Assembly (NCBI GenBank): GCA_963762145.1 | Contig: CAVXJS010000011.1 | Span: forward strand, 224,001 to 288,000 | Source: an uncultured Candidatus Rokubacteria bacterium | GTDB lineage: Bacteria > Methylomirabilota > Methylomirabilia > Rokubacteriales > CSP1-6 | Reading direction: 5' to 3' | Length of the DNA: 64,000 nucleotides | Shown: positions 38,420 through 47,984 of the stretch, in pieces | How the letters are laid out: each line of letters begins with the position of its first letter | How positions within the stretch are numbered: the stretch's first letter is position 1 | The notes under the pieces: model-generated | Seen by the model: the letters and a program-made list of their open reading frames with translations, nothing else | The model's database searches: none | Told to the model about the DNA's origin: nothing | Position numbers and translations under genes: made by a program

Positions 38420-38443
38420 GCGCACGTCATCCTCTCTGGGGTC

Positions 38444-39604
38444 TCAGGTGAACAGGCGGCGGCTCGCGATGGCCGCGCCCTCGGTGAGGGCGCCGAGCTT
38501 GGCCCACACCACGCTGTGGGCCACCATCTCCGAGCCGGCGAAGGTGCCGAAGCCGCAATCGGTGGACGCGATCACGCGCGTGGGGTCGCCCACCGCCTCG
38601 ACCGCGGCGGCGATGCGGTCGGCCACCACCTCGGGATGCTCGACGTAGTTGGTGGTGGTGTCGATCACCCCGGGCAGCAGGAGCATGGAGTCGGGGAGCG
38701 GATGGCGCTTGAACACGCGGTACTCGTGCTGGTGGCGCGGGTTGGCCAGCGGCAGGGACAGGGCGCCGACCCGGGCCCGGTAGAAGAGGGGAAGCACCGC
38801 CTCGAGCGGCACGTCATGCGTGTGGGGGCCGTCGTAGTTGCCCCAGCAGACGTGCAGACGGATCCGGTCGGGGGGGATGCCGGCGGTGGCCTGGTTGATC
38901 GCTTCCACGTGCAGCTCGACGCTCCGCTGGAAGGCCTCGAGGGAGTCGTTCTGGAAGAAGCGCACCCGCTCCATGGCCAGGTCGGGGCAGTCCACCTGCA
39001 AGAGGAGCCCGCGGGCGTGGATCAGCGCGTACTCCTTGCGCATCTCCCGGGCCAGCGCCATGACGTACTCCTCGTGCGAGCGGTAGTGGGCGGAGAGCAG
39101 GATGGTCGCGATCACCCCGGGCGAGGCCGCGGTCATGAAGCGCTCGGTGAAGGCCGACGCGCGGCCGTCGGTGTGCCGGAGGAAGCCGTCGCACTCCTCG
39201 GCCGCCGGCCCCAGGTCGGCGTACTCCACGTCCGCGATGGCCTGCGGGGCGTCCGCGATCCGGGCCGCGTCGCGCCGGCGCCGGGCGAGCATCTCGGCGT
39301 AGTCCGGGAAGTCGATCAGGTCGCGGGCGGGCAGGCGCTGGCTGGCGCCGCCGAAGCCGCGCATGCGGCCGGCCACGTAGGTCGAGAACCCGGCGCGGGG
39401 CTGCTCGCCGTTGTTGCCCACGTCGATGCCGATCTCGAGCTGCCGGGAGACCACGTGCGCGACCGCCGCGTCGGCCTCGCGGGCGAGCGCGGCCGCGTCC
39501 ACCGGCTCGCCCCGGTCGCGGCGGACGAGCAGGTCGCGCAGGGCGGCCGGGCGCGGGAGACTGCCGACGTGGGTGGTCAGGATGCGCCGGTCGCTGCGCT
39601 TCAC
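38444..39604 (-). CDS. Cobalamin-independent methionine synthase II-family protein
   Basis: RILTTHVGSLPRP, LHVCWGNY, PGVID and TDCGF. Confidence 0.9.
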   Translation of the reverse strand: MKRSDRRILTTHVGSLPRPAALRDLLVRRDRGEPVDAAALAREADAAVAHVVSRQLEIGIDVGNNGEQPRAGFSTYVAGRMRGFGGASQRLPARDLIDFPDYAEMLARRRRDAARIADAPQAIADVEYADLGPAAEECDGFLRHTDGRASAFTERFMTAASPGVIATILLSAHYRSHEEYVMALAREMRKEYALIHARGLLLQVDCPDLAMERVRFFQNDSLEAFQRSVELHVEAINQATAGIPPDRIRLHVCWGNYDGPHTHDVPLEAVLPLFYRARVGALSLPLANPRHQHEYRVFKRHPLPDSMLLLPGVIDTTTNYVEHPEVVADRIAAAVEAVGDPTRVIASTDCGFGTFAGSEMVAHSVVWAKLGALTEGAAIASRRLFT

Positions 39605-40113
39605 GAGCCGGCCGCCTGGCGCAGCTCCTTCTGCAGCCAGTCCAGCAGGAGCGCCTTCTCGTAGCGGAGCTGGTCCGAGGTGACCGGCGCCGCGTGGGTC
39701 AGGTAATTCATGTCCTTGAGCTGGCGGGATCCCGTCCGGATCTCGCCCCGATCCGCGCCGGTGAGCGTGAACCGCAGGTCGATGCGCGGCGGGTAGACAT
39801 CCCTCATCACGCGCAGGTCGCAGCGGCCCGCGCCGCGCCAGAGCTCGATGTCGCCCGCCATGTCCACGTTGGTGACCGTGATCTCGAGCCGCTGCCCGGC
39901 GGGCAGGCGGGACGCGCCCGCCTCCTGCAGGAATCGGGCGAGCTCGTCCATGAGGGCGCGGGCGTCCGCGTCGCGGGAGACGCAGGTGACCTTCAGGTCG
40001 GTGTAGGTCTCGGGATGCGCGAAGACGACGGAGACGCGGGAATCCTCGGCGGCCGCGGCGCCCACCGCGAGGCACAGCACGAGCACGGCCAGCAATGTCC
40101 GGATGATCGTCAT
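39601..40113 (-). CDS. DUF3016-like secreted protein
   Basis: Signal peptide, F.HPETYTD, VDMAGD, YPPRIDLRF and LRYEK. Confidence 0.75.
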   Translation of the reverse strand: MTIIRTLLAVLVLCLAVGAAAAEDSRVSVVFAHPETYTDLKVTCVSRDADARALMDELARFLQEAGASRLPAGQRLEITVTNVDMAGDIELWRGAGRCDLRVMRDVYPPRIDLRFTLTGADRGEIRTGSRQLKDMNYLTHAAPVTSDQLRYEKALLLDWLQKELRQAAGS

Positions 40114-40145
40114 GGGGAGGATATCTCCAGCCGGCGGGCGATGGG

Positions 40146-41039
40146 CTAGCCGGCCCTGGGAGTGATCTGGATGAGAGGGGCTGGCTCGGTCTCGATCTGG
40201 ATCGTGGTGTGATCGATGCCGAAGCGGGCGTGGAGGACGAGGTGCAGCTCCTCGAGGATTCGATCGGTGGGCGCGCCCGCCTCGACCACCACGTGGGCGC
40301 TCATCGCCTCGCGGCCGGAGGTGAGCGTCCACACGTGCAGGTCGTGGACCCGCCGCACCGCCGGGGCCGAGCGCAGGGCGTCCTCGATCTCGGTGACGTC
40401 CAGGTGCGGCGGCGCGCCCTCGAGCAGGATGTTCACCGCCTGACGCAGCAGGGCCCACGTGCGCGGCAGGATGAAGAGCGCGATCAGCGCGCCCGCGATG
40501 ACGTCGGCGAGCGTCCACCCCGTGAAGATGATGACGAGGCCGGCCACGATCACGAGGGCAGAGCTCACCGCGTCGCCCAGGACCTCGAGGTAGGCGCTCC
40601 GCACGTTCAGGCTCTCCGCCGCGCCGCCGTGCAGCAGCCAGATGCCGGCCAAGTTCACGAGCAGGCCGAGCGTCGCGACCACCAGGATCGGGCCGCCCGG
40701 CACGTGCGGCGGCTGCCAGAGCCGCTCGTAGGTGGCGACCAGGATGGCGATGGCCATCACGCACAGGACCACCCCGTTGACGAGGGCGGCCAGGATCTCC
40801 ACGCGGTAGTAGCCGTAGGTCTTGGCCGGCGTGGCCGGACGCTCGGCGAACCAGACCGCGAGCAGGCTCAGGAGCACGCCGCCCGCGTCCACCAGCATGT
40901 GGGTCGCGTCGGCCAGGAGGGCGAGGCTGCCCGTCCAGAGCCCCACCGCGGCCTCTATCAAGAGAAAGGCGGAGGTCAAGCCGAAGACGGCCAGCAGATG
41001 TCGCTTGTGGCGGGAGCCGTGAGTGTGCCGGCCGTGCAC
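40146..41039 (-). CDS. czcD: CDF Zn/Co/Cd exporter (CzcD/ZitB-like)
   Basis: His-rich N-terminus, SLALLADATHM, TYGYYRVEILAAL, VHDLHVW and HTTIQIE. Confidence 0.9.
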   Translation of the reverse strand: MHGRHTHGSRHKRHLLAVFGLTSAFLLIEAAVGLWTGSLALLADATHMLVDAGGVLLSLLAVWFAERPATPAKTYGYYRVEILAALVNGVVLCVMAIAILVATYERLWQPPHVPGGPILVVATLGLLVNLAGIWLLHGGAAESLNVRSAYLEVLGDAVSSALVIVAGLVIIFTGWTLADVIAGALIALFILPRTWALLRQAVNILLEGAPPHLDVTEIEDALRSAPAVRRVHDLHVWTLTSGREAMSAHVVVEAGAPTDRILEELHLVLHARFGIDHTTIQIETEPAPLIQITPRAG

Positions 41040-41047
41040 GGGCGCGA

Positions 41048-41563
41048 TCAGCGGGCCGGAGGCAGCACCAGCCGCGCTTCTCCCTGACGGATGCCCTGGC
41101 TCGCGAAGAATCCGGCGTGGGCCTCGACCGCGTAGCGGAAGGAGCCGAGCGGTCCGTACAGCTCGGTCGGGCTCGGGTCCATCTTGAGGATGGCGAAGAT
41201 GCGGCCGTCGTCCTTCACGAACGCGATGTCCAGGGCCGCGGGCACGTTCTGCATGTGGAACTGGGTGACGATCTCGCGCCCGAAGTCGAAGAGGATGAGG
41301 TGTCGCTTGATCTCCTCGGGGGTCGCGCACTGGAAACCGCCCGCCTGGCGCTCGCCGGTGTCGGCGGCCTTCACCCGGAGCGCGATGGTGCGGGCGCCCG
41401 CCTGCACGCTCACCATCCGGACCGGCATGCCCGCGAAGGCCTCGCGCCAGCGGGGACATTCTGGGTTTTGGGCAGAGCCCTTGGCCGGGCTCTGGGCGAG
41501 GGCCGCCGGGACCGCGAGGACCAGGAGCAGCGCGGCCAGGACGGCGGCGCGCGCCGGGATCAC
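41048..41563 (-). CDS. DUF192-family secreted protein
   Basis: ADT..RQAG, LFDF, FHMQNV..ALDIAF and YAVEAHAG. Confidence 0.8.
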   Translation of the reverse strand: MIPARAAVLAALLLVLAVPAALAQSPAKGSAQNPECPRWREAFAGMPVRMVSVQAGARTIALRVKAADTGERQAGGFQCATPEEIKRHLILFDFGREIVTQFHMQNVPAALDIAFVKDDGRIFAILKMDPSPTELYGPLGSFRYAVEAHAGFFASQGIRQGEARLVLPPAR

Positions 41564-42387
41564 GGCCGGACCTCCCGCGCGGTCGCGGGCCACCGGCGTC
41601 GCGCGAGCGACGCGGCGGCGAAGATCAGCAGGGCCGCGAGGACGACCGCGCCCCCCGCGGCCAGGCGCAGGTAGTAGGCCGCGATGAGGCCGGAGGTCAT
41701 GGACAGCAGCGCGATGCCGATGGCGATCGCGGTGGCGGTGTGGAAGCTCCGGCCCAGGGCGAAGCCGGTGAGCGCCGGGATCACGATCATCGCGGAGACG
41801 AGCAGCACCCCCACCATGCGCATCGCCACCACGGTGGTCAGCGCGGTCAGCACGGTCAGCAGCAGGTTGAGCGCGCCCACCGGCACGCCGCTGGTGCGGG
41901 CCAGGTCCTCGTGGAGCGTGATGGCGAGGAGCTGCTTGTAGAAGCCGCCAATCGCCACCGTGACGACCGCGCCCAGCGCCACCATGAGCCAGACGTCGCC
42001 GCTCGTGACGGTGAGGATGCTGCCGAAGAGGATCGCGAAGAGATCGGCGTTGAAGCCGCGGGCCAGGCTGATGAGCACGACCGCCAGCGCGAAGCCGCCG
42101 GAGAGGAACACCGCGAGGGCCGCGTCGCCCTGGAGCGCCCCGCGCGCGCGCAGCCGCTCGATGCCCACCGCGCCGGCCAGGGCCACCACGAGCGCGCCCA
42201 GCACCGGGGAGACGCCGAGCACCAGACCGAGGGCCACCCCGGCCAGCGCGACGTGGGCCAGGGTGTCGGCGATCAGGGAGAGCCGGCGCGGGATCAGGAA
42301 GACGCCGATGGCCGGGCAGATCAGCGCGGTGACGACGCCCGCCGCGAAGGCCCGATGCATGAAGCCGTACTGGAGGAATTCGGGCAT
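41560..42387 (-). CDS. Zn/Mn ABC transporter permease (ZnuB-like)
   Basis: RRLSLIADTLAHVALAG, ILFGSIL and VGVLLVSAMIVIPA. Confidence 0.92.
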   Translation of the reverse strand: MPEFLQYGFMHRAFAAGVVTALICPAIGVFLIPRRLSLIADTLAHVALAGVALGLVLGVSPVLGALVVALAGAVGIERLRARGALQGDAALAVFLSGGFALAVVLISLARGFNADLFAILFGSILTVTSGDVWLMVALGAVVTVAIGGFYKQLLAITLHEDLARTSGVPVGALNLLLTVLTALTTVVAMRMVGVLLVSAMIVIPALTGFALGRSFHTATAIAIGIALLSMTSGLIAAYYLRLAAGGAVVLAALLIFAAASLARRRWPATAREVRP

Positions 42388-42392
42388 GCGGC

Positions 42393-43136
42393 TCAGTGGT
42401 CGTGGCTGACCACGCGCACCGCGGGGCCGTAGAGCGCGGTCAGCGCCGCGTCGCTCAGGAAGTCGCCCGGGCGGCCGTGGAAGATCAGCCGGCGGTTGAG
42501 GCACGCGAGCTTGGTGACCTCCTTGGCCACGACCCCGATGTCGTGGCTCACCAGGATCAGGGTGACGTCGCGCTCGCGATTGAGATGGTGGAGCAGGGCG
42601 TAGAAGCTGGTCTGGGCCTCGGGATCCACGCCGCCGGTGGGCTCGTCCAGGATCAGGAGCTCGGGCTTGGAGACGAGCGCCCGCGCGATCAGCACCCGCT
42701 GTTGCTGGCCGGGCGACAGCGCGCCGATCCGCGCGCCCGCGTGCGCGGCCATGCCCACCTGGCCGAGGACCTCGGCGATGCGGGTGCGCTCCGCCCCGCG
42801 GATGCGGCCGAAGAGACCGAGGGAGGGCAGGAGCCCGGTGGCCACCACCTCGTGGACGGTCACCGGCAGCGCGGGATCGAGCGTGGCCTTCTGCGGCACG
42901 TAGCCGAGGCGTCCCCATTGCCGGAACGACGCGGGCGGGTGCCCGAAGAGGCGGACCGCGCCGCGCGTGGGCGGCAGGAGGCCCAGCATGATGCGGAGCA
43001 GCGTGGTCTTGCCGGAGCCGTTCGGGCCGATGATGCCGAGGAAGTCGCCGGGCTCGACGGTCAGGTTGATGTGCTCGAGCACCGGCACGGTCCCGTAGGC
43101 GAAGTCCACGTCCTCGAGCTCGACGAAGGAGCGCAT
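42393..43136 (-). CDS. Zn/Mn ABC transporter ATPase (ZnuC-like)
   Basis: GPNGSGKT, GYVPQ, LSPGQQQR, LDEPT, VSHD and C-terminal HDH. Confidence 0.93.
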   Translation of the reverse strand: MRSFVELEDVDFAYGTVPVLEHINLTVEPGDFLGIIGPNGSGKTTLLRIMLGLLPPTRGAVRLFGHPPASFRQWGRLGYVPQKATLDPALPVTVHEVVATGLLPSLGLFGRIRGAERTRIAEVLGQVGMAAHAGARIGALSPGQQQRVLIARALVSKPELLILDEPTGGVDPEAQTSFYALLHHLNRERDVTLILVSHDIGVVAKEVTKLACLNRRLIFHGRPGDFLSDAALTALYGPAVRVVSHDH

Positions 43137-43161
43137 CAGCCGCCGATCTCGACGGCGTCCT

Positions 43162-43797
43162 TCACCGCGCGCGGCCGCGGCGGCTGCGCGGTCCCGGATG
43201 CCGCGCGTCCCACCAGGCCCCCGCGGCGGCGCAGCCGGCGCCGAGCAGCACGCCGCCCAGCACGTCCGTCGGCCAGTGGGCGTTCAGGAGGACGCGGGCG
43301 AAGCCCACCGAGACGACCAGGGCGACGGCCAGCCCGGTGAGGACCGCGCGCGCGGCGGGCGAGAGCCGCTCCCGCGTCATGAGGTAGAGCAGGATCACCG
43401 CGAAGGTCGCCGCCGCGGTCACGTGTCCGCTGGGAAAGCCCCAGTTGACCCCGCGGGGCCGCGGCCGCCCGACCAGGAACTTGAAGCTCTGCTCGACCGC
43501 GCCCCCGATCGGCATCAGCGCGCACCAGAGCCACCAGTGGCGGCGGGCCGCGCGCGACCAGATCAGGAGCAGCGCCATGGCGGGGGCGAGGACGATCCAC
43601 TTGCCGCCATAGTCCACCCAGCGGGCGATCGCGTGCAGCATGGTGCCGCGGCCCTTCAGGATCTCCCCGTGCAGCGGCACGTCGCCCGGCAGCAGGCCGA
43701 CCGTGGCGACGATGAGGCTCATCCCCAGGAAGGCGCCCAGCAGGACCAGGCAGAGCGCCCGCCAGCGGGCGACGGAAGGGGCGTCCATGGCGGTCAT
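43162..43797 (-). CDS. PAP2-family membrane phosphatase
   Basis: K.LVGRPRP, FPSGH and RV.LNAHWPTDV. Confidence 0.88.
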   Translation of the reverse strand: MTAMDAPSVARWRALCLVLLGAFLGMSLIVATVGLLPGDVPLHGEILKGRGTMLHAIARWVDYGGKWIVLAPAMALLLIWSRAARRHWWLWCALMPIGGAVEQSFKFLVGRPRPRGVNWGFPSGHVTAAATFAVILLYLMTRERLSPAARAVLTGLAVALVVSVGFARVLLNAHWPTDVLGGVLLGAGCAAAGAWWDARHPGPRSRRGRAR

Positions 43798-43861
43798 GTG
43801 GATTCGTCGCTCACAAGCATTGAATTCTACAGGAGGAACGATGCGCTGCCGCACAGATTCC

Positions 43862-44460
43862 TCATGGCGGACGCATGATGGACGGGCGATCCAGGTCATC
43901 GTTGTCGATGAGCACGCTGGCTCGCTCATCGGGTTGGCATTCTCTCAGATAGAGAGCCTGGCCCTCGGAGTACGATGGTTTCGCATCCACTCGACGTGGA
44001 GAAAGACCGAGAAATCCCAGTACCGGCGCAGCTCGGGGCGATGCAGGAAGATGCCATCGAAGAGGAGAATCGAGGCGGGGGCGGCCTGCTCTTCGGGCGC
44101 ATCGACAAACCCATCAGCCTCGACATCGAAGATCGCCCGCCGGAATCGTCCGGAGCCGCCGGGACTCAGCGGATCGAGCAGGACCCTTGCCAGCGTCGCG
44201 TAGTCGTAGGAGTCACGGTAGAAGCCCTCGGGAGAATGCCGCCCCAGACGGTAGCGCACCGATCTCTGATGGAACGCGTCCACGCCGGCCCGGATCAAGG
44301 GTCGTGGAGAGGGGGCCAGGACAAGGGCCAGCTCATCGGCGAACATCGTCTTTCCCGCGCCATCCACGCCGTCGATTCCGACGCGCACGATTCTCGCGGA
44401 CGGCAGCTCCAGCACGGCTCGGGCCACGCGTTCCAGGACCGCTCGGCGGGTCGGGGTCAT
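43862..44460 (-). pseudogene. Uridine kinase-like P-loop kinase, frameshifted and apparently shortened near 43975
   Basis: GIDGVDGAGKT and DGIFLHRPEL. The C-terminus (YSEGQALYLRECQP.ERASVLIDN) lies in another frame. Confidence 0.7.
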
Positions 44461-44468
44461 CGCCGGGA

Positions 44469-45329
44469 CTAGACCCGCCGCAGGAGGGCGTCGGCGAAGC
44501 GCGCGGCGGCGGCCGGCGCGTGGGGGAAGAAGAGGCCGGGCTCGTTCACTTCCACCTCCATGATCTGGAAGCCGGCCGCGGTCTCCACCCCGTCGATGCG
44601 CGCGTAGAGCGGGGGAACCGGCAGGGCGGCCAGCGCCGCGCGCGCGACGGTCCGGATCCGGTCGGGCGGCGGAGGCGTCTCCACGGTGCCGCCCAGCCGG
44701 GGCTGCACCCGGAACTCGCCCGCGGCGGGCCGCTTCAGCACCGCGTGCGTCATCTCGGTCTCGATGAAGATCAGCGACCACTCGCCCCGGGTCTGGATCT
44801 CCTCGACGAAGGGCTGGACCAGGACCGGCCGGCGCATCGCGCCGGAGGCGAGCGCGTCCACCGCCTCGTCCATGGTGGCGGCGCTCACGAGCCGCGTGTC
44901 GTGCGCGGAGGCCGAGATCACCGGCTTCATCACGACCCGGCGCCACGCGCGCGCGGCCATCAGCGTCTCGAGCCCCCGGCGCGATTCGTCCTCCAGGATG
45001 ACGGTGGCCACCGTCGGCACGCCGGCTCGCGCGAGCTCGAGCAGATAGGCCTTGGTCAGGTTCCAGCGCACCAGGGCGGGCGGGTTGAAGACGCGGGCGC
45101 CGGCCTGCTCCAGGCGGTCGAGCCAGCCGAGGAAGGCGTCCGGCTCGAAGTGGTAGTCCCAGTTCGAGCGCAGCACGATCGCGTCGAAGCCGCCCCAGGC
45201 GGCGCCAAGGTCGTTCCACGGGCGCGCCTCCACCGCGGCACCGCGCGCCTCGAGCGCCCGCTGGACCAGCCGGTCGCTCTCCGAGATCTCGGGCCAGGTC
45301 CGGCACGTGACGAAGCAGAGCCGCCGCAT
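44469..45329 (-). CDS. ATP-grasp (RimK/glutathione synthetase-like) protein
   Basis: RSNWDY, WN.TK.YL, KP.ISASA, YARIDG and MEVEVNEP. Confidence 0.85.
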   Translation of the reverse strand: MRRLCFVTCRTWPEISESDRLVQRALEARGAAVEARPWNDLGAAWGGFDAIVLRSNWDYHFEPDAFLGWLDRLEQAGARVFNPPALVRWNLTKAYLLELARAGVPTVATVILEDESRRGLETLMAARAWRRVVMKPVISASAHDTRLVSAATMDEAVDALASGAMRRPVLVQPFVEEIQTRGEWSLIFIETEMTHAVLKRPAAGEFRVQPRLGGTVETPPPPDRIRTVARAALAALPVPPLYARIDGVETAAGFQIMEVEVNEPGLFFPHAPAAAARFADALLRRV

Positions 45330-45345
45330 GGCCGGGAGCGGCCGG

Positions 45346-46221
45346 CTAGCGGCAGCCGAGCGCGGTGCGGAGGTTGGCCAGGTTCGCGCGCATCAGCTCC
45401 AGATAACCGGTGCCCGCGGCGGCCTCGGCCGGGCTCACGCCCTCGATGGGATTGAGCGGCAGCGGGGTCGCGCCGATCTCGCGGCTCAGGGTCTCGGCGA
45501 GGCGGGGGCTCACCAGCGTCTCGTAGAAGACGTGGGTGACCTTGAGCCGCCGCGCGGTCCGGACGATCGCGGCCAGATCCGCCGGGCTCGGCTCCGCCTC
45601 GGGCGAGAGTCCCATGACCGATACCTGGGTGAGCCGGTAGCGGCGCGCCAGGTAGGCGAAGGCGGCGTGCGAGGTGACGACCTCGCGGCGCGCGCAGTCG
45701 GCGAGGCCGGCGGCGAACTCCAGATCGAGCGCGTCGAGGCGCGCGACGAAGGCCTTCGCGTTCTCCGCGTAGAACTCGCGGCCGGCCGGGTCGGCCTGCT
45801 CGAGCCCGCCCGCGATGGCCAGCACCTGCGCGCGCGCGAGCGTCGGATCGAGCCACAGGTGGGGATCGGTGATTCCCCCGACGGTGAGGACCCCGAGCCC
45901 ACCGCGCACGTTCACCACCACGCGGCGCCCGGGGAGATCGGCGAGCAGCTTCTCGGCCCAGCCGTCGAGCGGGGTGCCGGTGTGGACGAACACCGCGGCC
46001 TGCCGGACCTGGCTCACGTCGCGCGGCGCCGGCTCCCAGTCGTGCGGCTCGACGCCGGCCGGGACCAGGGACACCACGGTCGCGCGGTCGCCCGCGACCT
46101 GGCGGGCGAACTCCCACAGCGGATAGATGGTGGTCACCACCAGCGGCTTCGCGGGCGGGGCGGCGGGGGCGCAGCCGCCCAGCGCGAGCAGGGCGAGCGC
46201 GAGGGCCCACGCGCGGCTCAT
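45346..46221 (-). CDS. Metal ABC substrate-binding lipoprotein (ZnuA/AdcA-like)
   Basis: Lipobox LGGC, EPHDWEP, DPHLWLDP, SHAAF and NPIEG. Confidence 0.92.
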   Translation of the reverse strand: MSRAWALALALLALGGCAPAAPPAKPLVVTTIYPLWEFARQVAGDRATVVSLVPAGVEPHDWEPAPRDVSQVRQAAVFVHTGTPLDGWAEKLLADLPGRRVVVNVRGGLGVLTVGGITDPHLWLDPTLARAQVLAIAGGLEQADPAGREFYAENAKAFVARLDALDLEFAAGLADCARREVVTSHAAFAYLARRYRLTQVSVMGLSPEAEPSPADLAAIVRTARRLKVTHVFYETLVSPRLAETLSREIGATPLPLNPIEGVSPAEAAAGTGYLELMRANLANLRTALGCR

Positions 46222-47042
46222 GCGAGCCGCCGGACGCGCCGGACCAGGCCCAGGGCCAGCAGGCTCGCGCCGAAGGCGCAGACCACGGTGGCTCCGGTGG
46301 GGAGGTCGAGCGTCGCGGAGGCGAGCATGGCCACGACGCTGACCGCGGCCCCGAACGTCCAGCCCACCGCGAGCCGGCCCCCGATGCCGCGGGCCAGCAG
46401 GATGCCCGCGAGCGCGGGGACGATCAGGTACGAGAACACGAGCAGGACGCCCGCGATGCGGACCGACGAGGTCACGACCAGGCCGAACGAGGCGTAGAAG
46501 AGGAAGTCCCACGCGCGCACGCGCCAGCCCTCGCGGTGAGCCCGGTCCGGATCGGTGGAGATGAGGAAGAAGGGCCGGCGGCAGAGCCAGTGAAAGACCC
46601 CGATCGCCGCGTAGAGCACCGCGACCTCGAGCACCTGGGCGCTCCGCACGCTGAGGAGGCTGCCCACCAGCATGCCGCGCAGGTGCTCGGCGCCGTGGGG
46701 CGAGCGGTCGGCCAGCAGCACCGCGCCGGCCGCCGAGACCGCGTAGACCACGCCGATCACCGCCTCGTGCGAGATCTGGCCGCGGCGGCTCCGCGTGAGC
46801 GCGAGCACCAGCGCGCCCAGGATCGTGAACCCGAGCCCCGCGGCATAGGACTGCCACGTGTCGAGCTCGTAGCCCACCAGGAACGCGGCGGTGGCGCCGA
46901 GCGCCGCGATCTGGGCGAGCGCGATGTCCACGAACACGACCTCCCGCGCGATGACGTGGAAGCCGAGGTAGGCGTGAATGCCGGTGAGGACCAGGCACAT
47001 CAGGAACGGCAGCCACATCAGCGCGAGGAGGTCGGCGGCCAT
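46218..47042 (-). CDS. Metal ABC transporter permease (second type)
   Basis: HAYLG.HV.AREVVFVDIALAQIAALG and VRIAGVLLVFSYLIVPA. Confidence 0.88.
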   Translation of the reverse strand: MAADLLALMWLPFLMCLVLTGIHAYLGFHVIAREVVFVDIALAQIAALGATAAFLVGYELDTWQSYAAGLGFTILGALVLALTRSRRGQISHEAVIGVVYAVSAAGAVLLADRSPHGAEHLRGMLVGSLLSVRSAQVLEVAVLYAAIGVFHWLCRRPFFLISTDPDRAHREGWRVRAWDFLFYASFGLVVTSSVRIAGVLLVFSYLIVPALAGILLARGIGGRLAVGWTFGAAVSVVAMLASATLDLPTGATVVCAFGASLLALGLVRRVRRLA

Positions 47043-47048
47043 GCCGGC

Positions 47049-47966
47049 CTATCTTAGCCCGTCGGCCAGGGTCCGCACGTTGTAGTCCACGGTGTCGAGG
47101 TACGTCTTCGCCTCCTTGAGCGCCCCCACCGAGGGGGCGAGGACCCGCACCGTGGCGCCCGCCTCCTGGGCCACGCGCTCGGCCAGCTTGTAGTCGTTCC
47201 AGGGCTCCACCACCACGAGCTTGATCTTCTCCTGCTTCATGTCCTGGATGAGGCGGGCCAGGTGCGCGGGGGTTGCCGGGATGCCGGGGCGGTCCTCGAT
47301 CGCGCCGCCCTTGACGAGGCCGAAGCGCGTCAGGAGATACACGAAATCAGAGTGGTACTGGACGACCTTGGCGCCCTTGAAGGGCGCGAGGGCGGCGACC
47401 CAGGCGGGCATCGCCTGGTCCAGTCGCGCGAGGAACTCCGCGCGATTCTTCTCGAACGTCGTGCGGGACGCGGGTTGCAGACGGACGAGCCCGGCGAGGA
47501 TGTTGGTGGTGATCTGGGGAGCCAGGCCCGGGTCCGGCGTGTAGTGGGGGTTGCCGGTCGGATGGACGTCGCCCATCGAGCGGTCCACCCGGGTGGTCGG
47601 GACCTCGAGGACCGGGAGGCCTTCGGAGGCGTCCACACGCCCGGGCGTGCCGGGCAGCACTTTCGGATTGTTGGCCCCGCGCACGACGACCTCGGCCCAC
47701 TGATCCAGCTCGAGGCCGTTGATCACGAGCAGGTCCGCGCGGCGCACCTTGACCATCAGGCTCGGACGGACTTCCAGGTCGTGTGGGTTCTGGTTGCCGC
47801 GGGCGAGCGAGTCCACCTCGACGAGATCGCCGCCGACGGCCTCGGTCAGGGCCCTGAGATCGGCGGTGGTCGTGACGACGCGGAGCTTGTCGGCGGCCTC
47901 GGCCAGGCCGGCCTCGAGGCCGGCGGCGAGGAGCAGTGCGCTGATCACTCGAAGGAGTCTGGTCAT
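47049..47966 (-). CDS. Metal (Zn/Mn) ABC substrate-binding protein
   Basis: Signal peptide, NPHDLE, GDVHPTGNPHY, YH and EDRPGIP. Confidence 0.9.
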   Translation of the reverse strand: MTRLLRVISALLLAAGLEAGLAEAADKLRVVTTTADLRALTEAVGGDLVEVDSLARGNQNPHDLEVRPSLMVKVRRADLLVINGLELDQWAEVVVRGANNPKVLPGTPGRVDASEGLPVLEVPTTRVDRSMGDVHPTGNPHYTPDPGLAPQITTNILAGLVRLQPASRTTFEKNRAEFLARLDQAMPAWVAALAPFKGAKVVQYHSDFVYLLTRFGLVKGGAIEDRPGIPATPAHLARLIQDMKQEKIKLVVVEPWNDYKLAERVAQEAGATVRVLAPSVGALKEAKTYLDTVDYNVRTLADGLR

Positions 47967-47984
47967 GGGAGTCTCCTCGATGGC

